DNA from: a bacterium
Lineage (GTDB): Bacteria > Patescibacteriota > Patescibacteriia > Patescibacteriales > GWE2-39-37
Assembly (NCBI GenBank): GCA_037146995.1
Contig: JBAWWA010000004.1
Location: 4,077-68,076, forward strand
DNA length: 64,000 nt
Direction: 5' to 3'
In this document: positions 55,705-64,000 of the stretch, in pieces
Layout of the letters: every line of letters begins with the position of its first letter
Position numbering within the stretch: position 1 is the stretch's first letter
The notes under the pieces: generated by a model
Told to the model about the DNA's origin: nothing
Seen by the model: only the letters and a program-made list of their open reading frames with translations
Databases searched by the model: none
Program-made: the position numbers and the translations under genes

Positions 55705-56193
55705 ATGTCAAATCAAATCAAAAGAGCGCTTGAGCTGGCTAAAAAAACTGGTGATCGACTAATAATTTTTGATGGTCCGGAATCTGAAAATGCTTTTGTG
55801 GTCATGAATTTGGAGCAGTATGAGGATATTATCGAGGGTGGTTGTGGCGAAGATTGTGATTGTGGCCACGACCATGAAGCTGATTTTGAGGATGATTTTG
55901 ACCTCGAAGATGATTACGAAAATGATGTTGCTAGCTTGACAGAAGAGGAGATGCTTGATAAAATAAATCGCGACATTGCACTCTGGAAAGAGGTGCATGG
56001 CGAGGAAAATTCGCAAGATAATTTAGATTCAAATGAAGAAATGCCTGCCGGTTTTGATCTGAAAAATGATACTGAACAGGCAGTTCGCAATAATCAGCAA
56101 CGTAGTCGCTGGGCTATCAGGAATGATGTCAAAGAGGCAGCAGAGGAGATTATCGAAGAGGATCGACATTATCTAGAAGAAATTCACTTTTAA
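55705..56193 (+). CDS. Highly acidic orphan protein (162 aa) inserted between fusA and tuf
   Basis: ORF 13 nt after the fusA stop. The N-terminal ~45 aa (DRLIIFDGPESENAFVVMNLEQYEDI) vaguely resemble Phd/YefM; the rest is D/E-rich with GGCGEDCDCGHDHE. Confidence 0.55.
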   Translation: MSNQIKRALELAKKTGDRLIIFDGPESENAFVVMNLEQYEDIIEGGCGEDCDCGHDHEADFEDDFDLEDDYENDVASLTEEEMLDKINRDIALWKEVHGEENSQDNLDSNEEMPAGFDLKNDTEQAVRNNQQRSRWAIRNDVKEAAEEIIEEDRHYLEEIHF

Positions 56194-56275
56194 TTAATTT
56201 TAATATCACGGCTGGGTGCCAATTTAAATAGGCAAAGAACTCCGGTAACGGAGGCCGTTAATAAACAATAATAAT

Positions 56276-57463
56276 ATGGCGGAAAAATTCGACCGATCAA
56301 AAACCCATGTCAACATTGGTACAATTGGCCACGTTGATCACGGTAAAACAACTTTGACAGCTGCGTTGTTGCAAGTTCTTGCTGCACGTGGATTGTCTGC
56401 ATCAAGTAAATCTATCGACCAGATCGATGCAGCTCCTGAGGAAAAAGCTCGTGGTATTACTATTGCGACTGCTCACGTTGAGTACGAATCAGAGGCTCGT
56501 CATTATGCTCACGTTGATTGTCCTGGACATGCTGATTATGTAAAAAACATGATTACTGGTGCTGCTCAAATGGATGGTGCTATCTTGGTGGTAGCCGCAA
56601 CTGATGGCCCTATGCCTCAGACACGTGAACATATCCTACTTGCTCGTCAGGTTGGTGTGCCATATATCGTAGTATTTTTGAACAAATGTGATATGGTGGA
56701 AGATCAGGAATTGATCGACCTAGTTGAAGAAGAGGTTCGTGATTTATTGAAAAAATATGAATTCCCTGGAGATATTACTCCAATCATCCGCGGTTCAGCT
56801 TTGCAGGCATTAAATGCACCTGAAGGTGAGTGGGGTGATAAGGTTATGGAATTGGTTAAGGCTTGTGATGAATACATTCCAGATCCAGTTCGTGATACTG
56901 ATAAGCCATTTTTGATGCCTATTGAAGATATCTTTTCTATCGAGGGTCGTGGTACAGTGGTGACTGGTCGTATTGAGCGAGGTGTAATCAAAGTTAACGA
57001 AGAAGTTGAAATCGTTGGTTTGGGTGACACTCGCAAGACAGTTGTAACCGGTATCGAGATGTTTAACAAGTCTTTGGATCAAGGTCAGGCTGGTGATAAT
57101 GCTGGTTTGTTGCTCCGTGGTACAAAGAAAGACGAAGTTGAGCGTGGTATGGTTTTGGCTAAGACCGGAACCGTTACTCCTCACACCGAATTCGAGGCTG
57201 AGGTTGTTATCTTAACCAAAGAAGAAGGTGGTCGTCACAAACCTTTCTTTAAAGGATACAAGCCACAATTCTACATCCGTACTACTGATGTTACTGGTGA
57301 GGTAGAGTTGCCAGCTGGCGTTGAAATGGTAATGCCTGGTGATACTGTAAGCTTTACCGTTAAGTTGATGGCTCCAGTGGCACTTGAGGAAAAGATGCGC
57401 TTCGCTATTCGTGAAGGTGGTCGTACCGTTGGTGCTGGTGTTGTAGTTAAAATTTTGAAATAA
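56276..57463 (+). CDS. tuf: Elongation factor Tu
   Basis: [25 protein letters not shown]; full-length EF-Tu. Confidence 0.99.
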   Translation: MAEKFDRSKTHVNIGTIGHVDHGKTTLTAALLQVLAARGLSASSKSIDQIDAAPEEKARGITIATAHVEYESEARHYAHVDCPGHADYVKNMITGAAQMDGAILVVAATDGPMPQTREHILLARQVGVPYIVVFLNKCDMVEDQELIDLVEEEVRDLLKKYEFPGDITPIIRGSALQALNAPEGEWGDKVMELVKACDEYIPDPVRDTDKPFLMPIEDIFSIEGRGTVVTGRIERGVIKVNEEVEIVGLGDTRKTVVTGIEMFNKSLDQGQAGDNAGLLLRGTKKDEVERGMVLAKTGTVTPHTEFEAEVVILTKEEGGRHKPFFKGYKPQFYIRTTDVTGEVELPAGVEMVMPGDTVSFTVKLMAPVALEEKMRFAIREGGRTVGAGVVVKILK

Positions 57464-57580
57464 TTTCAGATTCATCCCCGCTTTTCTGTGAAGAGCGGGG
57501 TTATCTGGTATTTATTACCGTTATTCATCCCTTGGATAATAATTTAAAAATTAAATAATAAGCTTTTGCTCATTAATTCT

Positions 57581-57907
57581 ATGGCAGAGAAAAAAACAGA
57601 GTTTTCACAGAGACTCAGAATCAAAATCAAATCCTTCGATCACAAGATCATTGACCAGGCTACCAAGACAATTATCGACACGGCTATTCGTAGCGGTGCC
57701 AAAGTTTTTGGTCCGATTCCACTTCCGACAGAGAAGACAATTTACACTGTAAATAAATCAACTTTCGTTCACAAGGATGCTCGTGACCAATACGAGATGC
57801 GTATTCATAAGCGTTTGGTTGATATTCTTGAGCCATCTGCTCAGACGATTGAGTCGTTGACCACTCTGTCTTTGCCGTCTGGTGTTGACGTTGAAATTAA
57901 GATGTAA
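57581..57907 (+). CDS. rpsJ: 30S ribosomal protein S10
   Basis: QRLRIKIKSFDHKIIDQ .. GPIPLPT .. RIHKRLVDI; start at ATG 57581. Confidence 0.95.
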   Translation: MAEKKTEFSQRLRIKIKSFDHKIIDQATKTIIDTAIRSGAKVFGPIPLPTEKTIYTVNKSTFVHKDARDQYEMRIHKRLVDILEPSAQTIESLTTLSLPSGVDVEIKM

Positions 57908-57930
57908 TTGCTTATCGCTCAAAATAAAAA

Positions 57931-57956
57931 AATCCTACTTTAGAGTGGGATTTTTT
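57931..57956 (+). terminator. Intrinsic terminator directly after rpsJ
   Basis: Stem AATCCTACT 57931-57939 / AGTGGGATT 57944-57952 (one G-U pair), T-run to 57956. Confidence 0.8.
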
Positions 57957-58026
57957 GTTTACTTTAATTATTTTGTGTGTTAGTTTGGTTTTAAATAGTT
58001 CATTAAATTTTTTTGGGGGTGGGGTC

Positions 58027-58353
58027 ATGTCTGGAAAATATAAAAATATTTGTTTTACGGAAATGCTTGACTTAATAACTGCAGACTTGATTCAAATAAA
58101 AGAAGTTGACAGAAGAGCCGTGATTAAAATTGTGCAAAACACTGAGTTCTTTAAAGATAATTTTATAAAAGAACATGAAATGTTGAATCTTGAATATCAA
58201 GAAATTATCAATAATCTAATTTTACTTTTTATTAGTAATGAACAAATGTTTAAGGAGTGTAAGATAAAGGCACTTGGTCAGATTAAAATATACCAACGAA
58301 TACATCTTTTAGTTGAAAAATTAAAAAATCAAGATCGATCAGTTTATCTTTAA
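58027..58353 (+). CDS. Hypothetical protein (108 aa), orphan
   Basis: ATG 58027 preceded by GGGGGTGGGG. The longer TTG 57955 ORF begins inside the rpsJ terminator. Confidence 0.5.
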   Translation: MSGKYKNICFTEMLDLITADLIQIKEVDRRAVIKIVQNTEFFKDNFIKEHEMLNLEYQEIINNLILLFISNEQMFKECKIKALGQIKIYQRIHLLVEKLKNQDRSVYL

Positions 58354-58356
58354 TGC

Positions 58357-58383
58357 AAAGAGCTCTTTATGAGCTCTTTTTTA
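58357..58383 (+). terminator. Intrinsic terminator
   Basis: Stem AAAGAGCTC 58357-58365 / GAGCTCTTT 58371-58379, followed by a T-run. Confidence 0.8.
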
Positions 58384-58436
58384 TTTTTCAAAATTGGACA
58401 AATAAATATGGTCATAGTACATATATTAAGTATTTA

Positions 58437-58465
58437 TTGCCCTCTTTCTACAATATTGGTATAAT
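58437..58465 (+). promoter_or_regulatory. Sigma-70-type promoter with an extended -10, only 9 nt upstream of the adhesin ATG
   Basis: TTGCCC 58437-58442, 17-nt spacer ending in TGG, TATAAT 58460-58465; ATG at 58475. Confidence 0.5.
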
Positions 58466-58474
58466 AACCACACT

Positions 58475-61400
58475 ATGAATAAAAAAATCCTCCCCATTTT
58501 TTTAGCTTTTCTCTTTGTGTTTGCCGTGTTCGCCATCAGCCAGACCATCCTCGCCCAAAACTCTCCTGACGCTATCGCCATCCGTATCATGAGTAATCCT
58601 AGGCACATGAGTCCATTGCGTTGGTATCAAGACCAAGGATTTAAGGGTGCACCCCAGAACATAACCGTTGACGGTTATGATGCGATCCGTGATGGCAACA
58701 CGGTCTATGTCAATACGGCTCATGTTATTGATGCAGTTCCACCATCTAGCACTGCGACCTTGTATACCAATGTTTTTGTGTTGACCACATCGGTTGGTTC
58801 TGACAATCAAACTCAGGAGATATTTAATCGAATTATTACCAATTTTAAATTTAATACAAATTTAACCGACGAGGTTGGTGAATATGGTAATTGTTTGCAA
58901 AAAGTTACTAGTACAGCACCCGAAACTTCAAATACTTGTTTGTCTACAGGTGAATGTACTGACAAGTTAGTTTGTACGAGTCGTAAAGCCAGGACTATAC
59001 GTGACGTGAAACGCTTGGCAGATCTCGATTATCTCAATTATTTGCTAAGTGATTATAAAAATAAGCACGGCAATAAGTGTCCAGAGTTTGATGCTGGTAG
59101 TTATGAACCACGACGCACTATTTCTACTTGGAACAGCTGGCAGAATGGCCTGGGTATTTACTTGGGGGCTAAATTGCCTATGGATCCAGTAAATCAGCTT
59201 GGGCAATGTGAATTGGACGAGGCTTTAAATCTTAAATATGATCCTAGTACTTGTTGGGATGTGGCAAATAAAAAGTTCTCAACATCAACCCCAAAAAATC
59301 AATTAAGAAAAAATTTACCAGCTGATAGTTTTGTTTATACTTATAGCGTTAGTGAGAGTGGGATGCAATGTGGTTTTTATATGCAATTTGAGACCGGTCT
59401 TACTTGTAACAGTATTGGCAAGTGTGGTGTTTTAGATGAAAATAATCATGCTCCGATATTTACAGCCACTTCGTTTAATGGTCAGACTAGACAGGAATTT
59501 AATGGATATGCAACGGCTTTTGATGAGGATGGTGACATATTGACCTTCAAGGCTGTATTACTTGAGCCGGTTAATGAATCAACTTGGCTTGCATCGCCAA
59601 ATAAGTGGGTCTGGGATCCTGGCTTTTCTGGTCCAAAAATTTTTACGATGCCGAATCCTAATCAACGACGGTTTCACATGGTCAAGGCTGGTAAAGCGAA
59701 ATTCTCAAATCATGACAGATTGAGACTTTTTGTCAGTGATGGGCGGGGAAAGTCAAATAGTACGACCTCAATAGATGTTAATTTGCAAATTGCTGGTGTG
59801 CCAATGACTGTTACAAATCCAGCGGTTAAAACTATTACAATAGGTCAGGCAACTGATTTAGTAATAGCGGCCACTGATTCGAGTCTTGATCCCATTAATA
59901 CATTTAGTTTCGATTCAGCTGAATATAATAAAAATTCCTCAACCACTTTAAATATCTCAGATTTGTCACTTCGCGGCTTTGATTTAGTGCCGTCAGCCCT
60001 AAAGCTCAGTGAGTTTTATGAGCCTGGTCAGAAGACTGGCAATTATAGAGTGGCAGTTTCTTTTTTGGATACGTTAACTTTAAAATCAATTAAGGGATAT
60101 TTTGGAGTTAATGTAATTAATAATCCACCAATTTTTGATTCGGCTAAAGTAACTTTTGGTAATGGTACTGAGACTGATTGTTTAATCAGTAGTGGCGTCT
60201 GTGATGTTGCAATTGATAATCTTGAAAATGCTAAAATTCAAGTTGCGGCTCATGATAATGATCCTGGTCATAATGTAACCTATGGCTTTAAGTCACCTGT
60301 GCCATTGGGACTTAATATTGACAGCGTGACTGGTCTTATCACTGGGTTTGAAAATTTGAATGCCCATGGACTATTGCAAACCACGACATCTTTTAAGGTT
60401 GTGGCGAGTGATCAACATTGCATGAATTCGAGTAGTGAGGAGTGTTCGGTTGAATATGGCTTTAATGTGTCGGTTATGCCTTATTGTAATATTAATGAAG
60501 CCAGCTCTACGCTAAAGGGTGGTGATGCTACTGTCTATAAGAAATATAACAATGATATTGTTTATGAAAATATAGCTAATTTAAAAAATTGTTCCGCTGC
60601 TAAGGCATATACGGATGTAAAATATAATGGTGAGGCGCGCAGTAAGTCAATTGTGGTGGTAAGTGATTTGTCTGATAGCATGAATAACAGAACCCCAACG
60701 GCCGCTAGTCCAAAGGCAATTGACTCCTTAAAAGATGCAATTAAAAATGCTAATGGTTTAATTGATAGGCTATACAATATTGCCACACAACTGCCCACAT
60801 CGCACGCTATAACTATTGGTACTGTGGCCTTTAACTCTAATGTAAAGGATTTTACCGGCATGGATAATATTTTGGGGGCAGGAGTTGTGACTAATAATGT
60901 TTTACACGTAACAAGTTATGCAACTAACTATCAAACCAATACCTTGAGTGGTCTAAATAAGGCAGAGTCGCTACTTTTATCAGAACCAGTAGTTGCAGAT
61001 AAGGATAGGGTGGTAATTTTGATCAGTGATGGCAAACCAGTGGTTTCTACTACACAGGTTCTGCCAGGTGCTGAGTGTGTCTCTTATGAGGTGTGCAATC
61101 AATGTGGTACACTAGGAAGTTGTTTTGGTTACGGCACGGCAAGTTGTGCTGCAGGCGAAACGGCATGTTGGTGCTCTTGTTATCCGACTGATAAACCAGC
61201 ATATTGTGGTGCTGATTGTAGTTATTCTTGTGGATCTTGTAGTTGTCCATCTGAACCTTCTGAGCCTTGCGTGCCAATAAAAGACTGTACAGGTGAGTGT
61301 AATTGTAATAATGGCTGTGGATGGATTACACCACCATGTAGCTCTAGAGGTAATAATGTGAATTTGGATTATTTTTCGATGCTAAAAAATTTTTTTAGTC

Positions 61401-61975
61401 CCTTGCAGGTAAATGCGATTACAAATCAATCTCAATGCTTGAGTACAGAATGTCCTGCCGTTACTTGTCCTGCTTGCGTCACTACAGTGGCAGACTCATA
61501 TTGCGGATCATACTTTAATTGTAGCGTGCAATTTGATCCAAACTGTTCGATTGAGGCTGACACCAATGTAGAGGCAAGCGCTTTAAAAAATATTTTAAAT
61601 GCAAAAATTTATTCAGTTTATTTTGACACGCAGCATAATAATTCTGGTAAATCAGAAATGATGAATTGGTCGTCAGATAATGGTAGTCCGGCTGGGCAGT
61701 ATTTTTTTGGTGGATCAAATATCTCGGAAATGCTTGACAATGTGTTAAAGGATATTGTAATAAAGCCTAAAAATTTAAAGATTGGTGATACTACATTAGT
61801 CGACACTGAGCCGTTCTCTATTGCCAACACTACGTTGCAGGAAAAAATAGAGATAGGGGATATGTGCAAAGCTGATTACAACGGATTCAAGATTACGTAT
61901 GATGGGTCTGGAACAGTAAATGTGCAAGCGTCTAATTTAAAATATGAATATTGTCCAGTTAAACTTCATCCCTAA
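58475..61975 (+). CDS. Giant secreted surface protein (1166 aa): cadherin/Ig-like repeats, a VWA domain with a MIDAS motif, and a Cys-rich insertion
   Basis: Signal peptide; repeats with APIFTA..AFDEDGD and NNPPIF..AHDNDPG; VWA MIDAS DLSDS (60665-60679) and VILISDGKP; Cys-dense block at about 61076-61345. Confidence 0.75.
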   Translation: MNKKILPIFLAFLFVFAVFAISQTILAQNSPDAIAIRIMSNPRHMSPLRWYQDQGFKGAPQNITVDGYDAIRDGNTVYVNTAHVIDAVPPSSTATLYTNVFVLTTSVGSDNQTQEIFNRIITNFKFNTNLTDEVGEYGNCLQKVTSTAPETSNTCLSTGECTDKLVCTSRKARTIRDVKRLADLDYLNYLLSDYKNKHGNKCPEFDAGSYEPRRTISTWNSWQNGLGIYLGAKLPMDPVNQLGQCELDEALNLKYDPSTCWDVANKKFSTSTPKNQLRKNLPADSFVYTYSVSESGMQCGFYMQFETGLTCNSIGKCGVLDENNHAPIFTATSFNGQTRQEFNGYATAFDEDGDILTFKAVLLEPVNESTWLASPNKWVWDPGFSGPKIFTMPNPNQRRFHMVKAGKAKFSNHDRLRLFVSDGRGKSNSTTSIDVNLQIAGVPMTVTNPAVKTITIGQATDLVIAATDSSLDPINTFSFDSAEYNKNSSTTLNISDLSLRGFDLVPSALKLSEFYEPGQKTGNYRVAVSFLDTLTLKSIKGYFGVNVINNPPIFDSAKVTFGNGTETDCLISSGVCDVAIDNLENAKIQVAAHDNDPGHNVTYGFKSPVPLGLNIDSVTGLITGFENLNAHGLLQTTTSFKVVASDQHCMNSSSEECSVEYGFNVSVMPYCNINEASSTLKGGDATVYKKYNNDIVYENIANLKNCSAAKAYTDVKYNGEARSKSIVVVSDLSDSMNNRTPTAASPKAIDSLKDAIKNANGLIDRLYNIATQLPTSHAITIGTVAFNSNVKDFTGMDNILGAGVVTNNVLHVTSYATNYQTNTLSGLNKAESLLLSEPVVADKDRVVILISDGKPVVSTTQVLPGAECVSYEVCNQCGTLGSCFGYGTASCAAGETACWCSCYPTDKPAYCGADCSYSCGSCSCPSEPSEPCVPIKDCTGECNCNNGCGWITPPCSSRGNNVNLDYFSMLKNFFSPLQVNAITNQSQCLSTECPAVTCPACVTTVADSYCGSYFNCSVQFDPNCSIEADTNVEASALKNILNAKIYSVYFDTQHNNSGKSEMMNWSSDNGSPAGQYFFGGSNISEMLDNVLKDIVIKPKNLKIGDTTLVDTEPFSIANTTLQEKIEIGDMCKADYNGFKITYDGSGTVNVQASNLKYEYCPVKLHP

Positions 61976-61978
61976 AAT

Positions 61979-62965
61979 ATGAAAAAAACTTATTTATATT
62001 TAGTTTTACTGATAATTATAATTTTTGGTGTTTTTGGTTTGGCATTTTTTTGGGCAAAACATTCAAGTGTAAGAAGTAGCGTATTTAGTAACAACAAGCA
62101 AGCAGAAACTGAACAATTAGCATTAAAAAATTTGGACAATGCCACTACAACCATATTAATATCAACTACAACCATAGATACTACTGTAAATGATGCCTTA
62201 CCAGGGTCAAACGATTATTTGCTCTACAATCAGGCAACAAAAGAGAATAATTCAGTGGCTTGTCGTAAAATTTTCAGTCAAAAGACGAGGAATTTTTGTT
62301 ATAGCAATCTTGCTGTTAAGTTGTTGGATCGGTCAATTTGTACTCAAATTGAGGATTTGAAGATAAAAACCGATTGTCTTGATTTTGTCGGTGCTGCAGC
62401 TGCTTTGAAATCGGGCAAGGTATCAAATTGCAATACAATCACAGGCGAAATGGAGCAAAAAAATTGTGTTGAGCAAGGCAATTGGAGTATTAATGAGTGT
62501 AAAACATTAAAATCAAGTAATTTGGTTAATATTTGTTTAGATAAAATAAATTTTTTACTTGCCACTAACAAAGACGATATTAATTTGTGTCAAAAGATTG
62601 TTGATAGTGTGAAACGTGCTGAGTGTGAAATGAAAATCAAAAAAATAACTAATCCATTTATCGATAAGGATCATGATGGTTTAAACTACCTTGAGGAATT
62701 TAAAGCCGGCACCAATCCGGACAAGGCAGATAGTGATGGTGATGGCTACAATGATGGTGACGAGTTGAAAGCTGGTTATAATCCCTTGGGTTATGGTTTG
62801 CTTGACTCCAAGGAAAATGAGAAGTATATATTCTGTGAGCAGATAGAAGATAAATTGGTTCAGAATGCCTGCTTAATGATCAAGGAGAAGCGCATAGAAA
62901 AAAGGCTTTGTGAAAAATATGACAATATTTTGATCAGGATGTATTGTCGAGAACATGGAAAATGA
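61979..62965 (+). CDS. Membrane-anchored Cys-repeat protein with thrombospondin type-3-like calcium-binding repeats
   Basis: N-terminal TM helix; repeated Cys spacing; DKDHDGLNYLEEFKAGTNPDKADSDGDGYNDGDELKAGYNP. Confidence 0.65.
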   Translation: MKKTYLYLVLLIIIIFGVFGLAFFWAKHSSVRSSVFSNNKQAETEQLALKNLDNATTTILISTTTIDTTVNDALPGSNDYLLYNQATKENNSVACRKIFSQKTRNFCYSNLAVKLLDRSICTQIEDLKIKTDCLDFVGAAAALKSGKVSNCNTITGEMEQKNCVEQGNWSINECKTLKSSNLVNICLDKINFLLATNKDDINLCQKIVDSVKRAECEMKIKKITNPFIDKDHDGLNYLEEFKAGTNPDKADSDGDGYNDGDELKAGYNPLGYGLLDSKENEKYIFCEQIEDKLVQNACLMIKEKRIEKRLCEKYDNILIRMYCREHGK

Positions 62966-62992
62966 TGTACGAACGGATATTGATAAAATTAT

Positions 62993-63541
62993 ATGAAAAT
63001 AAATATTGGAACAACTAATTTAGGCAAGATTGAAGCGGTCAAGCGGGCTGTTGCAGTTTATGATGCATTGTCTGGTTCTCTAACTGAAGGAGTTGCAGTT
63101 GAATCTGGTGTCAATGCTCAACCGATTGGGCTCGAGATGATCATTCAAGGGGCAATGAATAGGGCCAAGGCGGCTTTTGAAGTTAGTGAATGCGAACTTG
63201 GTTTTGGACTAGAGTCGGGTATTTATCCGGCCCCTTTTACAAAGTCAGGTTATTTTGATACTTGTGCATGTGCTATTTATGATGGCCTTAATTTTCACCT
63301 TGGCATGTCTTCGAGTTTTGAATATCCGCCAAAAATGATTGAGCTAGTATTGAATGAGGGCAAGGAGGTGACCGAGGCGGCTTTGAGTTTGGGTTTCAGT
63401 GAGGACAAGAGTTTTAGGGAGGGACTTGGGATGATTGGCATCCTGACACATGGAAAATTAACGCGTATCGACTATTCATTTCAGGCAGTCCAATCGGCGA
63501 TGATCCATCTTGAGAATAGAGAACATTACGGTAATACATAA
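62993..63541 (+). CDS. Inosine/xanthosine triphosphatase-like (YjjX / NTPase_I-T family) protein
   Basis: MKINIGTTNLGKIEAVKRA.., GVNAQP, GLESG pattern of the DUF84/YjjX family, judged by eye. Confidence 0.65.
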   Translation: MKINIGTTNLGKIEAVKRAVAVYDALSGSLTEGVAVESGVNAQPIGLEMIIQGAMNRAKAAFEVSECELGFGLESGIYPAPFTKSGYFDTCACAIYDGLNFHLGMSSSFEYPPKMIELVLNEGKEVTEAALSLGFSEDKSFREGLGMIGILTHGKLTRIDYSFQAVQSAMIHLENREHYGNT

Positions 63542-63547
63542 AATAAA

Positions 63548-63581
63548 AAACGGACGTCGACTTTTTGTCGATGTCCGTTTT
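63548..63581. terminator. Bidirectional intrinsic terminator
   Basis: Stem AAACGGACGTCGAC / GTCGATGTCCGTTT (one mismatch) with a T5 loop; A-run and T-run flanks. Confidence 0.8.
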
Positions 63582-63603
63582 GCAATTTAAAAATGAAGCA
63601 GGT

Positions 63604-63879
63604 CTAAAGGATTAGCTTAAAAGACGAAAAAACGAATTTTGGACAGCGGAATGGCTCTGACATGAGGGGTCGATTCGGGGGTGTTGCAAAAAATTTGTTA
63701 CCGATTTCATCTTCTATCCAGTGGTTCATATCGTGGTGCTTTTCGTTCATTGAGCGAGCGCAAGACTGTAATGTTTGCAGGGATTCATTCCATGGACCGT
63801 AAAATTCTACGCCGTTGTGCTTATAGCAGCATACTAGACGATATGATTTTTCGGCCTTGTTGTTCAAGACAATTTTCAT
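63604..63879 (-). CDS. Hypothetical protein (91 aa), orphan
   Basis: AAGGAG 6 nt upstream of the ATG on the minus strand; several Cys/His residues. Confidence 0.55.
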   Translation of the reverse strand: MKIVLNNKAEKSYRLVCCYKHNGVEFYGPWNESLQTLQSCARSMNEKHHDMNHWIEDEIGNKFFATPPNRPLMSEPFRCPKFVFSSFKLIL

Positions 63880-64000
63880 TTTTAACTCCTTTTGAGGTAT
63901 TTAGTTTCTATTTGAAATGTTCATAATTTTTACTATAGCATTTTATTATATATTTGTCAATATTGATGTTGATTTGATAGTAGAGCTTATTGCGGTACAC

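Noticed and set aside
57476-57500. Hairpin CCCCGCT...AGCGGGG just after tuf, as a terminator
   Set aside because: The stem is good, but it is followed by TTATCTGG rather than a U-tract. It may be a partial terminator, an RNA-stability element or part of an S10 leader. The evidence is insufficient for a confident call.
1-64000. CRISPR arrays, rRNA genes, transposases/IS elements and known defence-system genes
   Set aside because: I noticed no regularly spaced direct repeats, no rRNA-like conserved blocks, no transposase-like ORF, and no recognisable defence domains (for example Cas proteins, reverse transcriptase, restriction-modification enzymes). The scan was visual only, and a computational search could still find weak cases.
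1-64000. Alternative genetic code (UGA recoding, as in some candidate-phyla lineages)
   Set aside because: Housekeeping genes (topA, pheT, fusA, tuf, dnaX, hisS) are full length under the standard code, and gene boundaries fit TAA/TAG/TGA stops. I found no sign of in-frame UGA read-through.

Overview
AT-rich, tightly packed 64-kb chromosomal segment that reads cleanly with the standard bacterial code; I saw no sign of UGA recoding. The minimal housekeeping set, a T4SS-type pilin plus coupling-type ATPase pair, giant Cys-rich surface proteins and many small orphan ORFs suggest a small-genome Patescibacteria/CPR-like bacterium. That assignment is inference only, since no database search was possible. 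I call about 62 protein-coding genes, one tRNA-Gln(CUG), about 18 intrinsic terminators and two promoters. Housekeeping blocks are: uvrA (3' part) and rmuC; M16 peptidase and a UvrD-type helicase-nuclease; pheS-pheT; der-pth and dprA-topA on the minus strand; lepB-hisS-rpsU; dnaX; a DEAD-box helicase; nfo; rpmB; and rpsL-rpsG-fusA-[orphan]-tuf-rpsJ. The most notable observations are as follows. (1) A GC-rich, multi-helix element of about 190 nt (28767-28958) sits beside an IntI/Xer-like tyrosine recombinase gene. Next to it are a 9-6-9 core-site-like inverted repeat, a 17-nt palindrome, and a 19-nt direct repeat that brackets a one-gene module. (2) An operon (42147-46651) encodes a split NOX-like oxidoreductase: a NOX-type FAD/NAD(P)H domain and a bis-heme ferric-reductase membrane domain on separate genes, together with an ApbE flavin transferase. 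(3) dprA is broken by a 1-nt frameshift, and its hidden C-terminal 96 codons run up to the topA start codon. (4) dnaX carries an in-frame A_AAA_AAG slippery heptamer with an immediate -1 stop, mirroring the E. coli tau/gamma site. (5) A minimal pilin plus VirD4/TraG-like ATPase module is present. (6) A 347-nt structured intergenic region between pth and dprA is unexplained. I recognised no CRISPR array, rRNA, transposase or known defence-system domain. Hairpin and motif coordinates were determined by eye.
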